DNA from: the human T2T-CHM13v2.0 reference genome, Homo sapiens
Length of the DNA stretch: 64,000 nt
Assembly (NCBI RefSeq): GCF_009914755.1
Contig: NC_060930.1
Strand: one strand, 5' to 3'
The notes beneath the pieces were generated by a model that made no database searches, was not told the DNA's origin, and worked only from the letters and a program-made list of their open reading frames with translations. Of the stretch, positions 26,364 through 39,861 are shown piece after piece (within the stretch, counting starts at the first letter, position 1; each line of letters opens with the position of its first letter). The translations under genes and the position numbers were made by a program.

Positions 26364-26987
26364 TTCCACCCCTGGCCCCTCCCAAATCTCATGTTCTCAC
26401 ATTTCAAAACACCATCATGCCTTCCCAATCCCCCAAATTCTTAATTCATTCCAGCATTAACTCAAAAGTCCAAGTCCAAAGTCTCATCTGAGACATAGCA
26501 AGTCCCTTCTGCCTATGAGCCTGTAAAATCCAAAGCAAGTTAGTTCTTTCCTAAATACAATGGGAGTACAGGCATTGGATAAATGCTCCCATTCCAAATG
26601 GGAGAAATTAGCCAAAACAAAAGAGCTACAGCCCCCATGCAAGTCCAAAAGCCAACAGGGCAACGATTAAATCTTAAAGCTTCAAAATAATCTCCTTTGA
26701 CTCCATATGTCACATTCTGAGCATGCTGATGCAAGGAGTGAGCTCCCATGGCCTTGGACAGCTCCTTCACAGGCTGGCATTGAATGTCTGACTTTTCCAG
26801 GTGCAGAGTGCAAGCTGTCGGTGGATCTACCCCAGGGTCTGGAGGATGGTTGACCTCTTCTCACAGCTCCACTAGGCAGTGCCTCAGTGGGGACTCTCTG
26901 TGGGGGCTCCAGCTCCACATTTTCCTTCCTCACTGCCCTAGCAAATGTTTTCCATGAGGGTTCTGCCCCTGCAGCAAATTTCTGCCT
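26364..26987 (-). mobile_element. THE1-int fragment, truncated
   Basis: TTCCACCCCTGGCCCCTCCCAAATCTCATG...CAAAGTCTCATCTGAGAC. The relic peptide LEPPQRVPTEALPSGAVRRG is typical of MaLR-int. Confidence 0.88.
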
Positions 26988-26994
26988 CTGAAAT

Positions 26995-28711
26995 CTGAGA
27001 ATCAAATCAAGAACTCAACCCCTTTTGTAACAGCTGCAGAAAAAAAAAAAACCTAGAAATATACTTAACCAGGGAGGTAAAAGATCTCTACAAGGAGAAC
27101 TACAAAACACTGCTGAAAGAAATTATAGATGACAAAAACAAATGGAAATGTACCCATGCTTATGAATTGGAAGAATCAATATTGTGAAAATGACCATACT
27201 ACCCAAAGCAATCTACAGACTCAATGCAATTTCCATCAAAATACCAACATAATTTTTCACAGAATTAGAAAAAACAATCGTAAAATTTATATGGAACTAA
27301 AAAAGAGTCCGAATAGCCAAAGCAATCCTAAGCAAAAAGAACAAATCTGGAGGCATCACATTACTGGACTTCAAATTATACTACAAGGCAATAGTTACCA
27401 AAACTGCATGGTACTGACATGAAAGCAGGTACATAAACCAATGGAACAGAATAGAGAACCTGGAAATAAAGCCAAATTGGGGAATGGACACACTATTTAA
27501 TAAATGATGCCAGGAAAACTGACAACCCACATACAGAAGAATGAAATTGGATCCCCACCTCTCACTTTATACAAAATTCAACTCAAGATGGATCAAAGAC
27601 TTAAATATGAGACCCAAAACTATAAAAGTTCTAGAAGACAATATTTAAAAAACTCTTCTAGACATTGGCCTAGGCAAAGAATTAATGACTAAGGCCCTAA
27701 AAGCAAATGCAACAAAAAAATAACAAATGGGACTTAAACTAAAAAGCTTCTGTGCAGCAAAAGAAATAATCAGCAGAGTAAACATACAACCCATAGAATG
27801 GGAGAATATACTTGCAAACTATGCATCTGACAAAGGCCTGGTATCCAGAATTTACAAGGAACTCAAATCAGCAAGACAAAAACAAATAATCCCATAAAAA
27901 AGTGGGCAAAGGACATTAATAGACGTTTCTCAAATGAAGATATACAAATGGCCAACAAACATAGGAAATAATTCTTAACATCACTAATCATCAGGGAAAT
28001 GTAAATTAAAGCCACAATGAGATACCACCTTACTCCTGCAAGAATGGCCTTAATTAAAAAGTCAAAAAACAGTAGATGTTGGCATGGATGTGGAGAAAAG
28101 GGAATGCTTATACACTGCTGGTGGGAATGTAAATTAGTACAACCTCTATGGAGAACACTATAGAGATTCCTTAAAGAGCTAAAAGTAGATCTACCATTTG
28201 ACCCAGCAACCCCACTACTGGGTATCTACCCAAGGGAAAAGAAGTCACTATATGAAGAAGACATTTGCATACATATGTTTATAGCAGCAAAATTCACAAT
28301 TACAAAGATGTGGAACCAACCTAACTGCCCATCAACTAATGAGTGGATAAAGAAAATGCATATACACAATGGAATACTACTCAGCCATTAAAAGGAAAAA
28401 AGAATGTCTTTTGCAGCAACATGGATGGAGCTGGAGGCGATTATTTTAAGTGACACAGGAGTAGAAAACCAAAAACTAAATGTTCTCACTTATAAGTGAG
28501 AGCCAAGCTATGAGTACACAAATGTATACAGAATGGTCTTTAGAGGCTCAGAAGGAGCAGGGAGGGGGAAACTACAAATAAAACATTACACATTAGGTAC
28601 AATGTACACTACTTGGGTGACAGATGCAATAAAATCTCAGAATTCACCACTATATAATTCTCCCATGTAACATAAAAACCACTTTTATCCCAAAAGCTAT
28701 TGAAATAAAAA
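26995..28711 (+). mobile_element. L1PB3/PB4 3' part (ORF2 C-terminal half plus 3' UTR)
   Basis: Begins CTGAGAATCAAATCAAGAACTC and ends AAATCTCAGAATTCACCACTATATAATTC...AAAGCTATTGAAATAAAA. Confidence 0.9.
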
Positions 28712-28729
28712 CTTTTTTGAAAAGAAAGA

Positions 28730-28990
28730 ATGCCATTGTATTTTTGACAGTGGTTGTCAGAAGATAGAGGGGTGGGGAAACAAAGGGAAATTTGAAAATA
28801 GGTGATAAATAAATTTCCAACATTTTATATATATGTATATAAATTCAAAGTGTTACATTTTATTTAAAGATATGAAGCAAATACAGCATAATGTCAACAA
28901 TTGCTGATTATGGTGGAGAGTAGCTAAGTATGTCTTATGTTCTTATGCTTTTCTATAATTTTAATGTGTCAAATAAATATTAATTTTAAA
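28730..28990 (+). mobile_element. Old L1ME-like 3' fragment (other half at about 23150-23285)
   Basis: ATATGAAGCAAATACAGCATAATGTCAACAATTG is an L1ME-type 3' motif. Confidence 0.45.
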
Positions 28991-29952
28991 AAAATAGCTG
29001 AGGTGCTGGTAGTTGAAGAGTGTTGCCTAAACAACAACAGTGTACTTTTGCTGGACTTGGTTGTTCCCCTTTGTTTAACTATCAAAACAATATGCTACAA
29101 ATGGCAGAGATGTGCAACAAGCGCTGTGAAAGTGGTCAAGTGATTTAACAGCATAAAGCATTCTGAATTTGCATATGGAGGCCAGGAAACATGCTCAAAG
29201 TGTCGCAGAGAAAGGAGTTATTTAGCCCAAATGTAGCCTTTCTATGATCATACATACTATGCCTACTATATGGACAACATTAAATTTGTATATAGATGTC
29301 ACCATGAACATCCTATTTTTCTGAGGTCTGAATAAAGAGTAGGTACAGTACAAAAAACATATTAAAACATTTGGTGGGGAAGAGGTGTACAAGGGTTATT
29401 AGATGAAGGAGTTTTTTAAGTTTTGGACAGAATTCCACTTCCTATCCCACCACATCAAAGCTTTTACGAAATTAAATTAATGCAACAGAACTCTGTGGAT
29501 TATGTTTAGGCATTCCAAAATAAGGAGTCTCACAAAAACAGAAAAACAGATAGATTTATGAGTCAGTAGCTCAGTGATGTATTTCATTGTCATTCCTGAG
29601 AGGTCAGGTGTTTAGAAACTTAACAACTTCCATAAAAATCTAAATAGAAAAATACTGCAAGACACTATCTTCAGACACAAAGTACTATTTTTGATTTTTA
29701 AAAAGAGGATGATTTGGTGGAACTGAGCACAATGTATACTGGGGCAGATTTACTGCTTAGAAGATCCTGAGAATCAGTAAGAGGACCATCTACGCTATCC
29801 CTCTCATCAGTAGTGGCTGTCACGCATGGCAAACTGGCTTTAAATTCAGGTCCCAGGCTGATCCCAACATAGACTACATCGTGGGGGTGGATGGGGAGAT
29901 CTGCTTCTTTCTTGCTGTGTTATTTTCTTCTCAATGCCTTCTGCCCTCACGT

Positions 29953-30020
29953 TAGGGATTTTCAAAGCTTTCTATCTTCCACCAAGTAGGGATTCTCAAA
30001 GTTTTCTATCTTCCCCCAAA
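29953..30020 (+). repeat. 34-bp tandem duplication (30/34 identical)
   Basis: TAGGGATTTTCAAAGCTTTCTATCTTCCACCAAG followed by TAGGGATTCTCAAAGTTTTCTATCTTCCCCCAAA. Confidence 0.9.
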
Positions 30021-30283
30021 TACCAGAAAAGAGCTGAGCAACAAGTGTTGAAGACTTCATAATTTCTCAACCAGGACTATCTGCATTTAGAAAGAAGAAC
30101 TGATATCTTCTCTCCTCTGCTATAACAACTATACCTGAGACATAGACCTCTGGAAAGAGACCAATGACCTGAGACAAGATGCAATCTACACTTGATCTTT
30201 AGACTAACTCCCATCCCTACAAGCCCCAAGGTATATTCTTTTGTCCCTCTGATTTAGAGCACCACGGCGTCTCGATGCTGAAT

Positions 30284-30490
30284 GGCAGCATAGTGTGGTG
30301 GTGAAGAGCTTAGACTCAAGACCATAGTCTGAGTTTGCAATGTGAATTACATCACTAATTGCCTGGTGACCCTTGGAAATAATTAAATTTCTCTGTCGCT
30401 ATTTCCTCAACACCATGTATCTGAAGATAATGGCACTAACCGAAATGAGTAACTATATACCATCCATTCAGCACAGTGCTAAACCATCAA
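30284..30490 (+). mobile_element. MIR
   Basis: GGCAGCATAGTGTGGTGGTGAAGAGCTTAGACTC...GTGACCCTTGGAAAT. Confidence 0.7.
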
Positions 30491-31218
30491 TACTGATGGC
30501 AAAGTGCTACCTCAGATTCTGAGTTAAATCTGATTGAAGCACAAAACACTTCAGGAGACAACTGCACAGGGGTCTTGGAAAGAATCCTTTCACCCTAGTC
30601 CTGGAATTTGGTGATTCAAACTGCATGCTCTTCTTCCCCTCACTCTTCCTACCCAGATTCAGGAGCTAACACGCCAGAGTTCCTCAGTCCCATTACTTTC
30701 TGCCCTCACCACATGTATGTCGACCAAGTGTTTATCCTCCTCATTCTACCTAACATTAGATCTGCTTGAATTCCACCCTACTGCTCCTGTAATTCCTGCA
30801 AGGAGCAACTATTAGGGGCTGGAGTCCTGCAGTTAGCAAGACCTTGAGAATAAACATCAACTCCTTTCTGGTTCCCAAGTGTCTTATGCTAAGTGAAGGC
30901 ACTACTGCATGAACACACATACGAAATAAAATCTAATTGCACAAATCTGTGGGGAATGGATTTTTGACTCTTTTGAATATGCAATCCACAATGGTACAAT
31001 GCAATCTCCCAGTAAATTATACATTTATTGTCTTTTCATTCAGTGATCCTTTTGCATCTTTGACTCCTACTAATTCTTAAAATCAGAGCCTCCCTGATTC
31101 TTAAAAGCACTTCCTCCCTGACTTCCTTTTGGTGTTTCCATAGCATCCTGCAAATATTCCTTCATAGCTTCCATCACAAACCTTGTAGAATGATACATAC
31201 GATTTCACCTGAGCCCTT

Positions 31219-32178
<960 letters not shown>

Positions 32179-33968
32179 TAACTTTCGATTTTAATAATCT
32201 GCTTTATTTTCTATATCCTTCACAAGATTATAAACTCTATGAGTAGAGGGACTGTGTCTTTTATTCACAATTGCTTTATGAGACTCTTTCACAATGCTGC
32301 ATCATACAGGTACTCAATAATTTATTTTTTATTGAATAGTATTTGGCTTTAACCTCGAAGATCTAATATTTTAATTCAATGGTATTTTTTTATCTTGAAA
32401 AATCTACATTCTTGCTAAAGATCACAACTTGGAACAGCAATCTACTAGAGAAAGAATAATTTTAAAATGTCAAAATCATAGACCATGCATTATATGGTAC
32501 CTTAATAAACCAAAGCTGTGTATAAAAATTACTTTTATAGCTAAAAATGAAAATAATTGTTGGCTAATTATGTATAAGAGGAACAGTAATTAAGTTCTCA
32601 AAAATGTTTCTAGTAAGTACATCTATCAATATAGTGAGATGTTTGTTTCCTATGTAACAGAACTAGTGGGGTAAACTTGTAACATGAAAATAGTAATACT
32701 TGGCATGATCAAAGAGGCTTAACACAGCATATACGAAGTGTATTGTGAGGTACATTTTAAATATATCCTAAGACAAGATTATGTATTGCAAGAGCTAACA
32801 CATTATTATGATTTCAAAAACATATCCTACTTGAGAGCAATATCATTTAGGTAAGTCCAATTACTCTGGGGACATAGCCTTGGAAATTCTTATCTCCTCT
32901 TACCTTGCTTATTTTCATAAATCCTGTCCTAAACTTAACTATACAACTCTAGTACCTGATTTGTAAAGTTTACAACATCTTTAAATTAAATCTTGGTCAT
33001 TGTCTTAGGTACCTTTTCTAACACCGATTCTCTCATCTCAGACTAAACTCCATGGCAACTTGTGGCTTTCCATGACACTCCAATAAGGGGCAGTTTGACC
33101 TTGACTGCCAGAGCGTTTTAACACCTGCAATCCAGGGTGCACTTTAGAAACTTGAGTCAAGATATTTTCATCATATTTGATTAAAAGTAGAATTAGATTA
33201 TATCATATGCTTGTTTAAATTTTTATAATAAATCCAGGGTGTATACATATATTTAAAAAAGAAGGCTGGTGTTAACAACTGAAGATGTTTTTGTTTTTAA
33301 ACACTTTTACAGACGTGATTTTTTTGTAGAATTTTACAATGTAGTACATAAATATTAACAGTGAACTCATTAATCATGGGCAGGTAAGTTTCATGTACTG
33401 TGTCAACTACCATCAATTAGCAGAAAGTTCCCAGTGTACCCTGTTAGGAAGGTTTATAAGCCATGCCTGAAATTGTCATGACTGATTAGTCATAACCTCA
33501 TAACCACAGTTGTTCATGAGAGGTAAAGGTGGCAAGTGTAATAAAATGCATAATACATGTTATACCTTTGGACTACACTAAAATCTAAATGTAGACTATT
33601 TTGTTTCTGTACAAGACAAAGATAAGTCAATTTTCAACAGAATACACTATTTGAATATACTATATGAATATGTAAATATATATAGCACACATTATATATA
33701 TACACATACATATATATGTTTATGTATGTGAGAGTGGATGTGTGTGTGTTGGTTTTTACTTATTATGTATACTCACCTTTAAAATAAGGCTGTAACTCTT
33801 AAGAGACCCACATTCACACAGGTCTATTCTTTTGTCTGCATTTCCATGAGTGGATACTAGGCTTTATAATGTGTTCCACTTGCTTCATAGAGCCAGAAGA
33901 AATGAAAACTCAATGTCATAATAATTTGATGTCTCAAAACTATCCTCGCCACTCACTTTCCCCCCAAT

Positions 33969-34002
33969 AATTCCATACATATATATATATATATATGGAA
34001 TT
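33969..34002. repeat. 34-bp AT-rich palindrome with one mismatch
   Basis: AATTCCATACAT(AT)nGGAATT. Confidence 0.9.
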
Positions 34003-34479
34003 CTTAGCAGGCAACATTTTAATGTCTGGCCAAGGTTACATTTGTCATTCCAGCACTCTCCAACACATCAAATCACAGGCAGCTCTCCTTCTTACTGAAT
34101 TTCCTTATCAGGATTAGAAGTGGATAACTAAATGTAATGTAAAACTGTTGATATTTCTGAAGTGACAGCATAGGCATAATACTACACAGTATTACTAATT
34201 GATTTTAGGTAGTATTCCTTCTCTGATAGAGTTGCAAAACAGAGACATGGGTAGGAAGAGTGAAAAAAATCCACTGCAAAATTAATCCAGGGGTTTTGAT
34301 CTTAAAGTTTTGTTACTGCTTGTAAAGATAAAAATAAGAGATGAAAAATCTTGGGGAAAATTGTTCGTTAAAAACAAAAACCTCACTTCTCTATCTGATC
34401 ACTGATGAACGATAAAGTTTGAACAACTTGCATTAAACCAGCTTTGAAACCAGGCAAAGCACATTTTTAATAATTAAAT

Positions 34480-35985
34480 TATTGCATAAATGACAAGAAT
34501 TTGAAGAATCCACAAAGGAAAAAAAATTAAACACCATAGAAGGAATTCTTGGGGGGGAAGTGAGTGGTGAGGATAATTTTCCCTGAGACATCAAATCATC
34601 ATGTCATTGAGCTTCTATTTCTTCTGGCTCTGTGAAGCGAGTGGAACATGTTATAAAGCCTAGTACTCACTCATGGAAATGCAGACAAACGAACAGACCT
34701 GCATGAATATGGGTCTCATAAGAGTTACAGCCTTATTTTAAAGGTGAGTATACACAATAAGTAAAATCCAACACCCAAACACACATACAACCTGTCTTGG
34801 CCTTGGTGCTAAGTGAAAAGCAACTAAAATATTCAGTGAGACAATTTAGCAAACTAAATATTCAGTGACACAATTTAAATATTGTCTCACTAAATATTCA
34901 GTGAGACAATTTAAATCACAAGCTGGCCTTCATGTGAATTTTCTATACATGAGGTCAAAAATATTCAAGCTCATAAAGCACTTCTGGAATGGTAAAGACC
35001 TCTGAAAGCCTGTTCCTTCATAAAAGCAATGAGAACACTAGAATAAAATTGTCAAAATCAACTTCAATGAACTCTGGGAATTAATCAAAGACTTACAAAA
35101 AAATCCAAGGAGAATTTATGGAGGAAAAATGACTGAATTTCATTAACCACTGAACGAACTGAGCAGAGATTTCAATGGCTGCACATGACAAAGGGTACAG
35201 ACTTAATCCAGGAAATTTGGTGAATAAAGAAACAGCAGCATCAGTAACAACAACAGTAAACAAGAACAAACTCTAATTGAGAGGGAGAGGAAGTTTTCTG
35301 ATTTCCAGAATTGGCACATTATATTATTTAAAATGTCCTGTTTTCCACAAGAAATTTCAAGGACACAAGGAGACAAGACATGGCCCACACACAGAGAAAA
35401 AAAAAAAGCAGTCAATAGAAACTGTCCTTGAAGAAGGTTAGATTTTGGACCTACTAGAAAAATCTTTTCAATTAGCTACTATAAATATGTTCAAAAAGCT
35501 AAAGTAAGCTATGTCTAAAGAATCAAAGTATAAGAATAGTATTTCACTAAATATCCATCAAATGGGCAGAATTATAGCAGAGACTTAAATAGAAATCCTG
35601 AACTTAAAAAATAATTTAATTAAATAAAAGTTTACTAGGAAAGAACAATAGATGATAGATAGCAAAAGAAAGAATCAGTGAACTTGAAGGTAGATCAATT
35701 GTGATTCTACACTCCAAACAACAGAAAAAGAAATTAAAGAAGAAACTGAACAGAAGAGCCTCAGAGACCTGTGCAACACCAGCAAATGTGCTGACATGCA
35801 CATAATCAGAGTCCCAGGAGGGGAAGCAGAGAAAAAGACAAAATATTTGAATGGCCAAAAAAATTCCAAATTTGATGAAACAATATTAAACCTATTCATA
35901 CAAAAGCTCAACAAATTCCAACCAGGATAAACTCAAAGAGATGCACATCTAGACACACAGTGATCAAATTATCAAAAGACAAAGT
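34480..35985 (+). mobile_element. Old L1M 5' UTR/ORF1 relics (L1MEc-like, then L1MDa-like)
   Basis: TCCTTCATAAAAGCAATGAGAACAC, GTCAATAGAAACTGTCC and GAGCCTCAGAGACCTGTG. The end of ORF1 resumes at about 36791-36930. Confidence 0.7.
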
Positions 35986-36089
35986 TCCTTGGCATGCAAA
36001 TATATTAAAATTTATCCCATTTTGAAAATGAAAATTTGAGTCTCCTTTTCTTTCTACATATGGGCTCAGCTTTATACCCATGTATGTAA

Positions 36090-36392
36090 ACAAGTCCTGG
36101 TATCTTTGTCTAGTTGTCCTATAAGCACCTCAAACTCAACATGTTCAAGATCAAATGCATATCTTTCCACTATCCTCTATCCACTTATTCCAATACCTAT
36201 GTTCCCTGTGAATGTGGATGCATTCACTATCCACTTGCATGGTGAACAACTTCTTTGTCCTACAGATTCTACTTCTAACTTCTAAATGTCAGTCAGATTA
36301 GTTCTCTTTCTTTCACAGTATTGCCTGAAAGCAGGCTATCAACACTCCTCACCTATATTTCTTTTATGGAGACCAAACTGTCATCATCCTCT
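36090..36392 (+). mobile_element. L2 fragment
   Basis: GCACCTCAAACTCAACATGTTCAAGA is an L2 motif. Confidence 0.55.
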
Positions 36393-36397
36393 CCAGT

Positions 36398-36785
36398 TGC
36401 ATTAGTTTGCTAAGACTGTCATAACAAAATACCACAGACTGTGACTGAAACAACAGAAATTCATTTTCTCACAGTTCTGAAGGCTAGAATTTGATCAAGG
36501 TGTTGGCAGGGTAAATCTCTTAGGAGGCCTCTGCCTTGGCTTATATAATAGATAGTCCCCTTCTCCATTTATCTTCACATTGTCTCTCTTCTATGTGCAC
36601 ACATGTCTGTATCCAAATGTCCTTTCATATAAGGACACCACTCACATTGTGTTAAGGTTCACCCAAAAGGTCCTATTTAAACTATATAACCTCTTTAAAG
36701 ACTTCATTTCCAAATAAAGTTACAGAGATGCTTGGGGTTAAGATTTCAAGAGTCAGTTTGGGGGGACAAAATTCAGCCCATAACA
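36398..36785 (-). mobile_element. MLT1B-like solo LTR
   Basis: TGCATTAGTTTGCTAAG...ATTCAGCCCATAACA with a perfect 5-bp TSD CCAGT (36393-36397 / 36786-36790). Confidence 0.88.
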
Positions 36786-37001
36786 CCAGTTTTATTCACA
36801 GGCAGGCTGAAAAAAGAAAGGGCACTAAACAGTAATTCAAATCCACATGCAGAAATAAAGAGCATCAGTGGAGATAAATACACAGGTAAAAATAAAAGCA
36901 ATGCAACTGCATTTTTTGTTTCTTCATTTTTTCTTCTGCCTGTAAAAGTACACAGTGAAGGAGATATTAAATGTTGAATTAAACCACTAAAACAGTACTG
37001 A

Positions 37002-37295
37002 GGCCAAGTGTGGCAGCTCATGCCTGTAATCCCAACACTGAGAGGTCAAGGCGGGAGAACCACTTGAGCCCAGGAGTTTGAGACCAGCCTGGGCAACACA
37101 GTGAGACCCTGTCTCTACAAAAAATACAAAAATTAGCCTGGCACGGTGGCTTGCACCAGTGGTCCCAGCTACTGGGACCTCGCTAAAGTGTGAGGATCAC
37201 GTGAGCCCAGGAGTCCGAGGCTGTGGTGAGCTGTGATCACACCTCTGCACTTCAGCCCAGGCAACAGAGCAAGACTCTGTCATTAAAAAATAAAC
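37002..37295 (+). mobile_element. AluJ
   Basis: J diagnostic TTGAGCCCAGGAG in the left arm, with a near copy in the right arm. Confidence 0.9.
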
Positions 37296-39304
37296 ATTAA
37301 AAAATACTGTATTATATAAGGAAAGAACTGGTATATAAATAAAAGAAATGAATCAACCTAGGATTTTTTAATAGATGAAATTATTTCCTATAAATGCTCA
37401 ATATCACAATGCAAATACTTATTGAAGCCTATTATGTAGTGTATGCTAAATTTATGTAACTGCCACAATTTCAAGAGTGAAATGTGGATCAGAAATGTCT
37501 TCCTTAATGTTGACCAAAAAGATAAATTAAGAAACAAGTCACTTTCTTCCCACTTCTCACCCCACCATCTGTGGCAAAGAGTGATTATCAACATAATATC
37601 AACTTCATAAAGAAGACAAGTAAATATGTTTTAATTCACAAATGTAATTATACTTAGGAGTATGTGAATGGTTCTGTCTTGGGCAAGAGATGAATGTCCA
37701 TTTTTGAAAGAGACAGAAGAGGAATTCTGTCTAAGCTCTTACCAGAAGAGAGGGGCCTACCTTTTGAAATTATGTCAACTACTCCTGAAGACATTGAGAA
37801 AATGTGACTTTTTTGTCCATAGTCCAGGGTATGCTGTCAGATGTCCACAGAGTGTGCCATCAGGGGTCTACAGTGTATCAAAAGGACCTGCTGAGAAGGT
37901 TGGCCCATTGTGTATCAACAGCACACATGTGAGATACCTGATCCTGGCTTCATACAGAAGAAGAAATCCAAAGGCTAAAAGAAGGAATGAAACGCTGAAA
38001 AGTTTTATTTACAGTGCACAGAGGAAGGAAGTAATGGTCTAGACTGGACGATTTGGCAAAATAAAGCTCTTCTGTGTCCCAGGTGGGTGTCCTACTTGTA
38101 GTCAAATTTCATCCACAATACTTTATAGGGATCTCAAGAAGCAGAATGCATTTCCTTGTGAAAAGAGTATACTTATGCAAATTATTCATCTCTGCATCTA
38201 AGGACTCGCTATTTAGGGAGAAAGAATAGCATCTACTTCACTGTGTATATCCAGATTGATTTACAGATAGGAGAAAGAGTGAATGTTAATAATAATTGTT
38301 TCATTAATGTGGTTGAAAACTTGATGTCAACTACTTTACTTGATTAAAGGCTGAATAATGCCACAAAACACTTAGATTTATTTGCTAATTATTTCTAATA
38401 AAACAAGAATAATTCTCACCCAAAAGATGAAGCCCATCCTGATGTCAGGATGCAGACAAGAATTAATTTGGTCTCTTTGCTAAGATAATAGACTCCTTTT
38501 AAACTCAGATGAAGATTCAGAAAACAGTCTTAATAAAGCCAATTACTTTGTTCTGAAATCAGGGCTCAATTTATTTTCATGATTATTAAGACAACCTTAG
38601 CATCTGGAAAATGACAGTTTTAGATGAGGAGTTTTGATAGCTTATGAATAGCTCAGCTGAAATTTTAAATTTTATTATAGGTTTATTCATAAAGAAGCTA
38701 TAATCTTCAACTGAACTGTCACTGTTCACACAGACCTAAGTGCACTCCCATAGTTACACCAACTAACACTTATTTTACTTTTTAGTTTAGCATTGCATAT
38801 AAATTAAGCAGGTGCATATGGTATGTATTGTGTTTATTGTCAGAAAGGATTACTTTTAGAGTTTAAATTTGCAGCAATAATATTTCTGGATAAACATACC
38901 CCAGTAGATAACTGTTTTGTTTGTAAGTAAATATGGACAGGAAAATAAAGAATAAAAAGTCACCATAGTCACATCTTCAAAGCAGTTGGCAGGATTTATT
39001 TCCAGCACCAAGTGGAAACTGGGCATGAACCTAATCTGTTGTGAAAACATAATGTCCAACTATGCCAATAATGCTGTTGGTTGGCAGTAGTGCTTGATAT
39101 TCCTGATTTCCCTTCAAAATTGGGCTCTTGAATATGAAACTATAGAATCTCACAAGAGTAGAAGCTTCTCTCCTGTTGCTGTAACAGAAATACCACTAAA
39201 TGACCTTGTTCAAACTGTTTTTAACTGTCTACAATATTACTTTTATCAGTCATTTTTAGAAATGTTTTACACGTCTTTTAATCTGTAAACTAGAAAATTA
39301 GTTA

Positions 39305-39685
<381 letters not shown>

Positions 39686-39802
39686 TCACTCATACATGAA
39701 AGGACTCTTTCAAGTCTTTTTAATATTTTAAAGTCAAGTGAGATTTATCCTCATTTTTCCAATATATTATGTTCAGCACTTCTCTACTGTAGGTGGTAAC
39801 TT

Positions 39803-39861
39803 TTTTTTCTTTTTTCTTTTTTGAGACGGAGTCTTGCTCTGTCACCCAGGCTGGAGTGCAC
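39803..39861 (-). mobile_element. Extremely 5'-truncated Alu (about 38 nt plus tail)
   Basis: GAGACGGAGTCTTGCTCTGTCACCCAGGCTGGAGTGCA between the TSD copies GTAGGTGGTAACTT and GTGGGCGGTAACTT. Confidence 0.88.

Noticed and set aside
34822-34916. Repeated ~26-mers as a CRISPR-like array
   Set aside because: There are no unique spacers of regular length and no cas genes, and the context is primate DNA. A local rearrangement explains it better.
37668-38042. 124-aa ORF in non-repeat DNA
   Set aside because: No recognisable domain and no supporting promoter or exon structure. The length is compatible with chance.
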